A DNA stretch of 64,000 bases, from the NCBI GenBank assembly GCA_023266235.1, contig JAHFRL010000007.1, forward strand, positions 15,007 to 79,006, given 5' to 3'. The notes below the pieces were generated by a model. That model worked only from the letters and a program-made list of their open reading frames with translations. It did not search any database and was not told where the DNA came from. A program made the translations under genes and the position numbers. The DNA comes from Betaproteobacteria bacterium (GTDB lineage Bacteria > Pseudomonadota > Gammaproteobacteria > Burkholderiales > SG8-41). Shown in pieces: positions 56,255 to 64,000 of the stretch; position 1 is the first letter of the stretch, and each line of letters opens with the position of its first letter.

Positions 56255-57406
56255 TTACGGCCCTTCGTCCGCGGGATGCCGCAGCTTGCGCAGCGCATAG
56301 GGTTTGCCCGGGTGTTTCCTGAGCGCGTCCTCGTTGACGTCGATACCGAGGCCGGGCGCGGCAGGCAGCTCGATGTAACCGTTCTTCGGCCTGAGCTGAT
56401 TCGGCGAGATCAGGTCGCCGAACTCGACGAACGGCAGGAAATACTCGGTGATGATGAAATTCGGCATCACCGCCGACGCATGCACGGTCGAAGCGAGCGC
56501 GACCACTGTCGAGTTGTAATTGTGCGGCGACAGCGCGACCAGAAACGGCTCGGCCATCGCGGCGATCTCTTTCAACTCGAGGATGCCGCCGCAGCACGCA
56601 ACGTCGGGGTTGAGAATGTCCGCCGCGCGCGCTTCCAGCAGCGGCCGGAAGCCGGTTTTCGTATACGTCGCTTCGCCGATCACGATCGGCAACCCGGTCG
56701 CACGCCGCACCTCCGCGAGCGCTTCCGGATTTTCGGCGACGTTCGGCTCCTCGAGCCAGTACAACCCGAATTCCGCCAACCGCTTGTCGAGCCGGATCGC
56801 GTGCATGAGCGCCAACCGCCGGTGCTGGTCGATCAGGATGTCGACGTCGGGGCCGACCGCGTCGCGCACGGCTTTCACCACCGCGACCGCGCGCGCCTCG
56901 TGCTCCTTCGGAATCCAGCTGCGCCACGGCGCGGGCAGCGGATCGAACTTGAGCGCGGTGAACCCCTGCTTGAGCACCTTCTCCGCGGCGCGCGCGTAAT
57001 CGGCGGGTTCCTTGAGTTGATAACTCCAGCCATTGGCGTAGACGCGGATTTTCTCGCGGCAGCGGCCGCCCAGCAGATTGTAAACCGGCTGCCCGCACGC
57101 CTTGCCGGCGATATCCCACATGGCCTGCTCGATGCCGCTTACCGCGCAGAATAATTCGAGCGATCCACGCCGCGCCGCGTAATCGTCGAACGCGATCTGG
57201 GTGAAATGCCTGATGTTGAACGGGTCGCGGCCGAGCGCGTATTGGCCGAGCGCTTCGAGCTGCGCCATCACCGCGGTGTCGCGGTCATACTGCGAGTACG
57301 CCTCGCCCCAGCCGTAAATGCCCGAGTCGGTCTCGACCTTGACGAAAATCAGGTTCTTGCGCCAGCCGGGGTGCACGGTATAGGACTTTACCGCGGTGAT
57401 TTTCAT
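56255..57406 (-). CDS. enolase-superfamily enzyme (mandelate racemase / acid-sugar dehydratase-like)
   Basis: MKITAVKSYTVHPGWRKNLIFVKVETDSGIYGWGEAYS. At 383 aa its length and layout are typical of D-galactonate/altronate-type dehydratases. The substrate is unknown. Confidence 0.8.
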   Translation of the reverse strand: MKITAVKSYTVHPGWRKNLIFVKVETDSGIYGWGEAYSQYDRDTAVMAQLEALGQYALGRDPFNIRHFTQIAFDDYAARRGSLELFCAVSGIEQAMWDIAGKACGQPVYNLLGGRCREKIRVYANGWSYQLKEPADYARAAEKVLKQGFTALKFDPLPAPWRSWIPKEHEARAVAVVKAVRDAVGPDVDILIDQHRRLALMHAIRLDKRLAEFGLYWLEEPNVAENPEALAEVRRATGLPIVIGEATYTKTGFRPLLEARAADILNPDVACCGGILELKEIAAMAEPFLVALSPHNYNSTVVALASTVHASAVMPNFIITEYFLPFVEFGDLISPNQLRPKNGYIELPAAPGLGIDVNEDALRKHPGKPYALRKLRHPADEGP

Positions 57407-57543
57407 GCTGCGATTCTCCGGATTTGTTTGTCGCGTGCGGGACGTCGAATTTATGCCGCGGCGATTCCGCGTGTCAAGCTGCTATAATCCGCGCTCGCCG
57501 GAATAACCATAAAATTCCGTACTACGTTTGCCAGGAGGGGACC

Positions 57544-58416
57544 ATGACCGACTCAGTATTGACCGGCTACGCGCCGCCATCCGATACCCGTTTGCGTGAC
57601 CTGTTGACTGCATGGCTGCCGCAGGGATACGCGCGCATGGTACAGCCGGTTGCCGCGAGCACCATCACCACCGATACCCAGGGCCTTGTCGCCGGCGAAG
57701 TCAAGATCGACACGCGCGACGGCCCGGTGCCCGCTTACCGCGCGCTGCCCGAAAAAAGCGGCAGATATCCGCTGGTGCTGGTGGTGCAGGAAATCTTCGG
57801 CGTGCACGAGCACATCAAGGACGTCTGCCGCCGGCTCGCCAAGCTCGGCTACTTCGCGATCGCGCCCGAGCTTTATTTCCGCCAGGGCGACGTCACCAAG
57901 CTGACGGACAACCAGGAGATCTTCGCCAAGGTCGTCAATTTCGTTCCCGACAGCCAGGTGATGTCGGATCTCGACGCCGCGGCGGTATGGGCGCAGGCTA
58001 CCGGCAAGGCCGACATATCGAAGCTCGGCATCACCGGCTTCTGCTGGGGCGGCCGCATCACCTGGACTTACTGCGTGCACAATCCCAAGGTGCGCGCGGC
58101 CGTCGCGTGGTACGGACGGCTGGTTGCGCCGGCGAAAGCGCCGCTGCAGCCCGCGTACCCGGTCGAGCTCGCGCCGCACCTCAAAGTGCCGGTGCGCGGA
58201 CTCTACGGCGGTCAGGACGCGAGCATCCCGGTCGCGGACGTCGAGCAGATGCGCGCGGCGTTGAAAGCCGCGGGCAACACGACGAGCGAAATCATCGTCT
58301 ATCCCGACGCGCCGCACGCGTTCTTCGCCGACTACCGGCCGAACTACCGCAAGGAAGCTGCCGAGGACGGCTGGAAACAGATGCAGGCGTGGTTCAAGCA
58401 ATATGGCGTAGCGTAA
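57544..58416 (+). CDS. dienelactone hydrolase family protein
   Basis: ATG 57544 follows AGGAGG. PLVLVVQEIFGVHEHIKDVCRRLA and GITGFCWGG (nucleophile Cys motif). Confidence 0.8.
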   Translation: MTDSVLTGYAPPSDTRLRDLLTAWLPQGYARMVQPVAASTITTDTQGLVAGEVKIDTRDGPVPAYRALPEKSGRYPLVLVVQEIFGVHEHIKDVCRRLAKLGYFAIAPELYFRQGDVTKLTDNQEIFAKVVNFVPDSQVMSDLDAAAVWAQATGKADISKLGITGFCWGGRITWTYCVHNPKVRAAVAWYGRLVAPAKAPLQPAYPVELAPHLKVPVRGLYGGQDASIPVADVEQMRAALKAAGNTTSEIIVYPDAPHAFFADYRPNYRKEAAEDGWKQMQAWFKQYGVA

Positions 58417-58475
58417 TTCGCAATCGAATCGCCCGCCGCCGCGAGCAGCCCACTCCATACCAAGGAGAAACCGCC

Positions 58476-59444
58476 ATGGAAAAATTGATCATCGCTGTGG
58501 CAGGTGCCGCCTGCGCGTTCCTCGCAGCAGGCCACGCGCCGGCGCAAAACTACCCGTCGAAAACGGTACGCATCATCGTGCCGTATCCGCCGGGAGGCAC
58601 CTCCGACATCCTGTCGCGGCTGTTGAGCCCGAAACTCAATGAAGTCTTCGGCCAACCGGTCGTCCTCGACAACCGGCCTGGCGCCAACGGCAACATCGGC
58701 GCCGACCTGGTCGCGAAATCCGCGCCGGACGGCCACACCATGTTGCTCGCCGACCTCGGCGCGCTCACGATCAGCCCCAGCATCTACAAGCTGCCGTTCG
58801 ACCCCGTCAAGGATTTCGCGCCGGTGACCATGGTGACCTATTCGCCGCATCTGCTGGCAGTGCATCCGTCGGTGCCGGTGAAGACCGTGAAGGAGCTGAT
58901 CGCGCTCGCCAAGTCGAAACCGGGCCTACTCAACTTCGCCGTCTCGGGAATAGGCGGCGCGCCGCATCTGGCCGGCGTCGCTTTCGAAGCGCAGACCGGC
59001 GTCAAATGGACCTACATCCCGTACAAAGGCGGCTCGGATGCGATCATCGGCCTTGCTTCCGGCCAGGCGGACGCCATCTTCAACGGCATGCTGGCGACCT
59101 ATCCGCACGTGAAGTCCGGCAAGCTGAAACTGCTCGCGGTATCGAGCGCGAAGCGCGTCGCCTCCATACCGGATGTGCCGACGGTCGCCGAAGCGGGGCT
59201 CAAGGGCTTCGAAACCGGCAGCTGGCAGGGCGTGGTCGCGGCGGCCGGCACGCCGAAAGAAGCCGTCGCCCGGCTCAACAGTGAAATTTCGCGCATTCTC
59301 AACACGCCGGAAATGAAGGAGAACCTCGCCAAGCAGGGCGCCGAGGTTTACACCATGACACCGGAGCAACTCGGCAGCTGGCTGAAGAGCGAAATCGACA
59401 AGTGGGCAAAGGTGGTGAAGGCCGCCAACCTGAAGCTCGAATAA
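58476..59444 (+). CDS. Bug-family (TctC-like) substrate-binding protein, orphan
   Basis: ATG 58476 follows AAGGAG. Signal peptide MEKLIIAVAGAACAFLAAGHAPA, then YPSKTVRIIVPYPPGGTSDIL. Confidence 0.85.
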   Translation: MEKLIIAVAGAACAFLAAGHAPAQNYPSKTVRIIVPYPPGGTSDILSRLLSPKLNEVFGQPVVLDNRPGANGNIGADLVAKSAPDGHTMLLADLGALTISPSIYKLPFDPVKDFAPVTMVTYSPHLLAVHPSVPVKTVKELIALAKSKPGLLNFAVSGIGGAPHLAGVAFEAQTGVKWTYIPYKGGSDAIIGLASGQADAIFNGMLATYPHVKSGKLKLLAVSSAKRVASIPDVPTVAEAGLKGFETGSWQGVVAAAGTPKEAVARLNSEISRILNTPEMKENLAKQGAEVYTMTPEQLGSWLKSEIDKWAKVVKAANLKLE

Positions 59445-59462
59445 CACGGCATCGCCACCAAC

Positions 59463-59490
59463 AAAAAGCCCGCATGCGCGGGCTTTTTTT
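59463..59490. terminator. bidirectional Rho-independent terminator
   Basis: AAAAAGCCCGCatgcGCGGGCTTTTTTT lies between the convergent genes ending at 59444 (+) and 59503 (-). Confidence 0.8.
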
Positions 59491-59502
59491 ACGGCACAGG
59501 CC

Positions 59503-60639
59503 TCATTCGTTGCGCGCGCTTAGATTCAGCAACTGGCCGATTTTCTCCGAAGCTTTCAAGCCCGAGCCGGTCAGTATCAGCACCGTGGTCTGCTGCGGCG
59601 TGATTGCGCCGCTTTTCAGCAGTTGCCGCAATCCCGCCGCGGCCGCTGCGCTGGTCGGCTCGACGTAAAGGCCCTGCCGCGCGAGCGCGCCGAGCGCGGA
59701 TACGATTTCATCTTCGCCGACGGCGATGATGCTGCCGCCGGAATTTTTTACTCCACGCAATACCTCACGCACGCGCGTCGGCTTCGACGACGCGATTCCC
59801 TCCGCTACCGTCGCTGTGATCTCGGTCGGCACCAACTGCTCGACGCCGGCCTTGAATGCCGCATACAAAGGCGCGCAGTTCGCGGCCTGCACGCCGAACA
59901 AGCGCGGCCGCGTGGTGATTTCGCCGCGGCGCATGAGTTCCGCGAAACCGCGCTCGCAGCCGCACACGTTGCTGCCGTAGCCGAGCGGGATCACGATGTT
60001 GTCGGGCACCTTGAAGCCCAGCTGTTCCCACAACTCGTACGCGAGCGTCTTGGTGCCTTCGATGAAAAACGGCTGCCAGTTGTGGCTCGCGTAGAAGATT
60101 TCGTTGGCGTAGCGCAGCGCCGCATTGGCGACGTCCTGGCGCGAGCCCTTGATGGTCACCACGTCGGCGCCGGTTGCCGCCATCTGCGCGATCTTCGGGT
60201 ACGACGCGGTCGCGGGCACCAGGATGCGGCAGCGCATGCCGGCGGCGGCGCCATAGGCCGCGAGCGACGCGCCCGCGTTGCCTGACGAATCCTCGAGCAC
60301 GTGAGCGATGCCGCAACGCTTCAGGTAGCTGATCATCACCGTCATGCCGCGGTCCTTGAACGAGCCGGTCGGCATCATGAACTCGAGTTTCATGATTACC
60401 GGCACGCCGTCGAGCGTGCCGCAGACGAGCGGCGTCCAGCCCTCGCCCAGCGTCACCGCATCCCCGGCATCGACGAGCAGCGCTTTTGCGTAGCGCCACA
60501 CCGAGCGTTTGGAGGTATCGATCTCGTCGCGCGTGAGGCCCGGCGCAGCGCCGAGATTGAGATAACCGCCGCCGTCAGCGCACCAGCGCGGCCGGTCGAG
60601 CGGATAAGTCGCGCCCGTTGCCGAATCGATGTAATTCAT
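59503..60639 (-). CDS. threonine-synthase-like PLP-dependent enzyme (fold type II)
   Basis: PTGSFKDRG (PLP lysine) and SSGNAGASLAAY. ATG 60639 overlaps the upstream TGA (ATGA). Confidence 0.75.
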   Translation of the reverse strand: MNYIDSATGATYPLDRPRWCADGGGYLNLGAAPGLTRDEIDTSKRSVWRYAKALLVDAGDAVTLGEGWTPLVCGTLDGVPVIMKLEFMMPTGSFKDRGMTVMISYLKRCGIAHVLEDSSGNAGASLAAYGAAAGMRCRILVPATASYPKIAQMAATGADVVTIKGSRQDVANAALRYANEIFYASHNWQPFFIEGTKTLAYELWEQLGFKVPDNIVIPLGYGSNVCGCERGFAELMRRGEITTRPRLFGVQAANCAPLYAAFKAGVEQLVPTEITATVAEGIASSKPTRVREVLRGVKNSGGSIIAVGEDEIVSALGALARQGLYVEPTSAAAAAGLRQLLKSGAITPQQTTVLILTGSGLKASEKIGQLLNLSARNE

Positions 60640-61832
60640 TTCTTGAGGAACGTTTTCGTCAGCTCGAGCACGCGCTCGACATCGTCCATGTTGTTGTAGA
60701 GGTGCAGCGAAAAACGCAGCACGCCGCGCCGGATCGACAGTTTCACGCGGTTCTCGGTGAGATGCGCATAGAGGCCGTTGATGCGCTCGTCGCTGGCGCC
60801 GTAGTGATCGGCGCTCATCCTGCCGACCGTCACGATAGTGCCGACCGCCGGGCCCGGCTTGCCGCCCGTTACCGGCAGGCCGAGATCGAGCAGGCCCTGC
60901 GCGAGCGCGTGGCCGAGCCCGGTCACGTAGCGCTCGATCCGCGGCGTGCCGTACGCGAGCAGCTCGGTCAGCGAGGCGTCGACCGCCGCCGTGCCGACAT
61001 AATTGTAATTGCCGAGGTCGAAACGCCGCGCCGCCGGCATCAGCTTGAAATTATCATCGCCCATCGTCGCTTCATGCGCGCCTTCGCCGAGATCGACGCC
61101 GAAGCGCGCGAGATACGCGGGCTGGAGCTTCTCCGCCCACTCGCGCCGGCAGTAGAGAAACCCCATGCCGTAGAGACCGAGCAGCCCCTTCTGCGTGGAG
61201 ACCGCGAGCGCATCGATGTTCGATTTCCTGACATCGGTATGCAGCACGCCGCACGATTGCGCGGCGTCGACCAGCAGCAGCACGCCGCGCTCGCGGCACG
61301 CGCGACCGAGCGTATCGACGTCGGTGCGGAATCCCGGCGCGAACGTGACGGTCGAGACGGTGACGACGCGCGTGCCGCGGCCGATCAGCTTCACCATTTC
61401 GTCGACCGGAATGTGACCGTCGCGCGGCTTGACGCTTTTCACCTCGAGCCCGTAGCGCCGCATGTTGAGCCAGGGGTAGACGTTGTTCGGATGCTCGAGG
61501 TCGCCGCACAGGATCACGTTGTCGCCGCGCTTCCAGTCGAACGCGGTCGCGATCATGTTGAGGCCGTCGGAAATGTTCTTGGCGTACGCGATTTCGTCGG
61601 GCCCGGCGTTGATCAGTTGCGCGAATTTGCCGCGCGCGCGCTCGATCAGCGCGAAAAACTTTTCCTTGTCGCCGCCGTTCATCATGCGCTCGTCGAGGTG
61701 CGCGTCGATCGCCGCGCGGGTGGCGCGCGACAGGATGCAGCGCCCGGCGACGTCCATGTAGGTCCAGCGCTCGAGCGCGGGGTAGTTCCGGCGCGCCGCT
61801 TCGATGGCTTCCCACTCAACAGGCTTGTTCAT
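60636..61832 (-). CDS. class V aminotransferase / cysteine-desulfurase-like PLP enzyme
   Basis: ATG 61832 (MNKPVEWEAIEAARRNYPALE). DALAVSTQKGLLG (PLP lysine) and CGDLEHPNNVYPW. It starts 1 nt after the hyuB stop. Confidence 0.75.
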   Translation of the reverse strand: MNKPVEWEAIEAARRNYPALERWTYMDVAGRCILSRATRAAIDAHLDERMMNGGDKEKFFALIERARGKFAQLINAGPDEIAYAKNISDGLNMIATAFDWKRGDNVILCGDLEHPNNVYPWLNMRRYGLEVKSVKPRDGHIPVDEMVKLIGRGTRVVTVSTVTFAPGFRTDVDTLGRACRERGVLLLVDAAQSCGVLHTDVRKSNIDALAVSTQKGLLGLYGMGFLYCRREWAEKLQPAYLARFGVDLGEGAHEATMGDDNFKLMPAARRFDLGNYNYVGTAAVDASLTELLAYGTPRIERYVTGLGHALAQGLLDLGLPVTGGKPGPAVGTIVTVGRMSADHYGASDERINGLYAHLTENRVKLSIRRGVLRFSLHLYNNMDDVERVLELTKTFLKK

Positions 61833-61833
61833 C

Positions 61834-63513
61834 TCATGCTCCTTTGTTCGCGACGCGCTCTTCGCGCCCATCGCGTTCGACTGCCGCGGCGGCGCGCCCG
61901 GCCGGATCGCCGTAGCCGCCGCCACCGGGCGTGCAGATCCGCAACACGCTGCCGCGCGGCAGCGCGACTTCACCCGCCGCCGATGGCAACCTCTGTTCCT
62001 GCGGCGTGTCCGGATTCAGGATGAATACGCCGCGCGCACCCGCGCCGCCGCCCTGCATGCCGCCCGCGGCAACGTGCTGGCGCTCGGAGGACAGGCTGAC
62101 CACGATGCCGTCGGTGAGCACGCGGTAGTCGCGCAACACGCCCATGCCGCCGTGGTATTTGCCGTCACCGGCCGAGCCGTCCCACAAGCTGTAGCGCTCG
62201 GTGCGGAACGGGTAAGCGTGCTCGAGCGCCTCGACCGGCAGGTTCGACGACCCCGACGCATGCACGCGCACGCCGTCCACGCCGTCGCGGTTCGCGCGCG
62301 CGCCCATGCCGCCCGCGAGGGTCTCGTAGTTCACGAAATAGGCGCCGGTCGCCGGATCGGTGCCGGCCATCACATACAGATGGTGCGGGCCGCTGGCGGC
62401 GAGCGCCTTGTCGGGCATCGCCTGTGACAGCGCGTTGGCGATCACATCGCCCAAGACGGTCGCGGAGATCGAGCGGCAGCCCACGGCCGCCGGTGGCGTG
62501 GGACCGACGACACAACCGGGCGGCGCGGTGATGTGCAGCGTGCGGTAATAGCCGGCATTGGCGGGAACCTCGGGGTCGAGCAGGCTTTTCGCGACGGTGT
62601 AGACGGTCGCGAGCAGCGCGCGATACGGAATGTTGCGCGCGCTTTCGAGTTGCGGACCCGATCCGGCGAAATCGAAATCGAGGCGGCCGCGGCCCACGGT
62701 CAGCGCAAGCCGTATGCGGCACGTCTCGCTTGCCGTATTACCATCGAGAAAGTCTTCCGCCACATAGCTCCCGGGCGGCAGCCGGTTGATCGCCGCGCGG
62801 AAGCGGCGTTCGGTAAAATCGAGATAGGCGGCAACCGTCTTCCCGGTATCCCTGATGCCGTAGCGCTCGAACAGGCGCAGCACGCTGCGCATCCCCACGG
62901 TATTGGCCGCGAACTGCGCTTTCAGGTCGCCGCTGCGCTCGTCCGGCGTGCGCGAATTGAGCAGAATGAGGTCGACCACGTCCCGGTTGAGCTTGCCCGC
63001 GCGCATGATGCGCACCGGCGGAATGCGGATGCCTTCCTGGAATATCGATTTGCACACCGCGGCTTCCGAGCCCGGCACCATGCCGCCGACGTCGGCGTGA
63101 TGCGCGATATTGGCGACGAACGCGACGATCTTCCTGCCGACGAAAACCGGCGCGATGACGTTGATGTCGGGCAGGTGCGTGCCGCCGCCGTTGTACGGAT
63201 CGTTGGCGACGAACATGTCGCCCGGCACGATTTCGCGCAGCGGATAGCGCTTGAGGATCTCGTCGACCGCGCCGACCATCGAGCCGAGGTGGATCGGCAC
63301 GCGCTGCGCGAGCGCGACCACCTGCCCCCGCGCGTCGAAAATCGCGGTCGAGCAGTCGGCGCGCTCCTTGATGTTGGGCGAGAACGCGGTGCGCATCAGG
63401 GTTGCGCCCATTTCCTCGGCGGTCGCCAGCAGGTAGCGCGCCATGACTTCGGCCTTGATCGGATCGATGCCCTGGGTTGCCCCGTGTTTCGCGGCCATCC
63501 GCTTGACAGCCAT
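61834..63513 (-). CDS. hydantoinase B / oxoprolinase family protein
   Basis: DPIKAEVMARYLLATAEEMGATLMRTAFSPNIKERADCSTAIFD. ATG 63513 has AGGAGG 9 nt upstream. The alternative GTG 63519 would overlap the hyuA stop. Confidence 0.85.
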   Translation of the reverse strand: MAVKRMAAKHGATQGIDPIKAEVMARYLLATAEEMGATLMRTAFSPNIKERADCSTAIFDARGQVVALAQRVPIHLGSMVGAVDEILKRYPLREIVPGDMFVANDPYNGGGTHLPDINVIAPVFVGRKIVAFVANIAHHADVGGMVPGSEAAVCKSIFQEGIRIPPVRIMRAGKLNRDVVDLILLNSRTPDERSGDLKAQFAANTVGMRSVLRLFERYGIRDTGKTVAAYLDFTERRFRAAINRLPPGSYVAEDFLDGNTASETCRIRLALTVGRGRLDFDFAGSGPQLESARNIPYRALLATVYTVAKSLLDPEVPANAGYYRTLHITAPPGCVVGPTPPAAVGCRSISATVLGDVIANALSQAMPDKALAASGPHHLYVMAGTDPATGAYFVNYETLAGGMGARANRDGVDGVRVHASGSSNLPVEALEHAYPFRTERYSLWDGSAGDGKYHGGMGVLRDYRVLTDGIVVSLSSERQHVAAGGMQGGGAGARGVFILNPDTPQEQRLPSAAGEVALPRGSVLRICTPGGGGYGDPAGRAAAAVERDGREERVANKGA

Positions 63514-63515
63514 GA

Positions 63516-64000
63516 TCACGTCCCTCCTTTCACGCGCAGCGGCTCGACTTCGAGATGCAGGTAACCCAGCCGGTCGCCGCGCAGTTTCGCGCGCGGCGGC
63601 ACCACCGTCGTCGTGTCCATCTGCTCGACGATCGCAGGTCCCGTGATGCGGCAGTCAGCCGGCAGCCGGTCGCGGTCGTAAACCGGTGTCGTGACGAATC
63701 CGGTCTCCGGAAACCACACTTTGCGCCTTTCGATCACCGCATCCTTCATTGTCCCATGCACGGGATGGTGCTTCTCGTGCGTCGGCGCGGGCCGCTCGAC
63801 TGCGACCACCAGCCGCAAACTGACGGTCTCGACCGGCTGGCCGGGCATGTCATAGCCGTAGGATTCCCGATGGCGCGCATGATAACGCCGGATCAGACGC
63901 GCGAGCGACTTCGCATCGAGCCTGCCGTCTTTTACTGCGAGCGAAAGTTCGTAATTCTGGCCGAGGTAGCGCAGGTCGATCAGCCAGCTGTATTCGGCGC
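63516..64000 (-). CDS. hydantoinase A / oxoprolinase family protein, C-terminal part (gene runs off the right edge)
   Basis: The frame stays open to the window end: ...AEYSWLIDLRYLGQNYELSLAVKDGRLDAKSLARLIRRYHARHRESYGYDMPGQPVETVSLRLV... The track lists only the last 110 codons. Confidence 0.8.
   Translation of the reverse strand, partial: AEYSWLIDLRYLGQNYELSLAVKDGRLDAKSLARLIRRYHARHRESYGYDMPGQPVETVSLRLVVAVERPAPTHEKHHPVHGTMKDAVIERRKVWFPETGFVTTPVYDRDRLPADCRITGPAIVEQMDTTTVVPPRAKLRGDRLGYLHLEVEPLRVKGGT

Noticed and set aside
57612-58475. Upstream 288 codons of the 610-aa plus-strand ORF 57612..59444
   Set aside because: It is an alternative frame over the dienelactone hydrolase gene (Arg/Ala/Gly-rich). 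The Bug protein clearly begins at ATG 58476 with an SD and a signal peptide.

Overview
GC-rich, almost fully coding segment that looks like part of a betaproteobacterial-type chromosome (three Bug/TctC-family binding proteins, TctCBA, betaproteobacterial-looking SucCD). I count about 51 credible CDS, all but six on the minus strand. By eye I found no rRNA, tRNA, CRISPR array, transposase or integrase. The window falls into four blocks. (1) 1-14.2 kb: a glycosyl/methyl-transferase island built around TPR-fused transferases. It has three complete TPR-GT9-like paralogues, a partial TPR gene at the left edge, one TPR-GT41/OGT-like gene, a GT8-like gene, a GT2-FkbM fusion, three more methyltransferases and a 2OG-oxygenase-like protein. 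(2) 14.3-25.9 kb: a seven-gene signalling island of CHASE2-Ser/Thr kinase, PP2C, double-FHA, CHASE2-class III cyclase, class II cNMP phosphodiesterase, GAF-GspE-type ATPase and GAF-HD-GYP. (3) 26.2-54.1 kb: an oxalate/formate/C1 block. It holds oxc-frc followed by a stand-alone homologue of the N-terminal formyl-transfer domain of 10-formyl-THF dehydrogenase, and a Crp/Fnr regulator. Next comes a three-subunit 2-oxoacid:ferredoxin oxidoreductase with oxalate-oxidoreductase-like substitutions, preceded by a ferredoxin, an FprA-type reductase and TctCBA. The block continues with Usp/TerC, formate-THF ligase, a NitT/TauT ABC importer, an arylformamidase-like hydrolase, an NAD-type formate dehydrogenase (NuoE-NuoF fusion plus alpha) and sucCD. 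(4) 54.6-64 kb: Usp, two Bug binding proteins, an enolase-superfamily enzyme, a dienelactone hydrolase and a tightly overlapped hyuA-hyuB-aminotransferase-ThrC-like operon. The most interesting observations are these. An FNR-type palindrome TTGAC-N4-GTCAA sits exactly 22 nt upstream of a -10 hexamer in front of oxc, fhs and sucC, and in tandem before tctC, which ties block 3 into one putative regulon. The other leads are the OOR-like enzyme with its own electron chain, a possible ATP-independent formyl-CoA:THF formyltransferase, the signalling island whose ATPase has no visible machine, and a perfect 78-bp duplication of the sucD 3' end that creates a 43-codon chimeric ORF. All functional calls rest on motifs I recognise in the translations; no database search was run.
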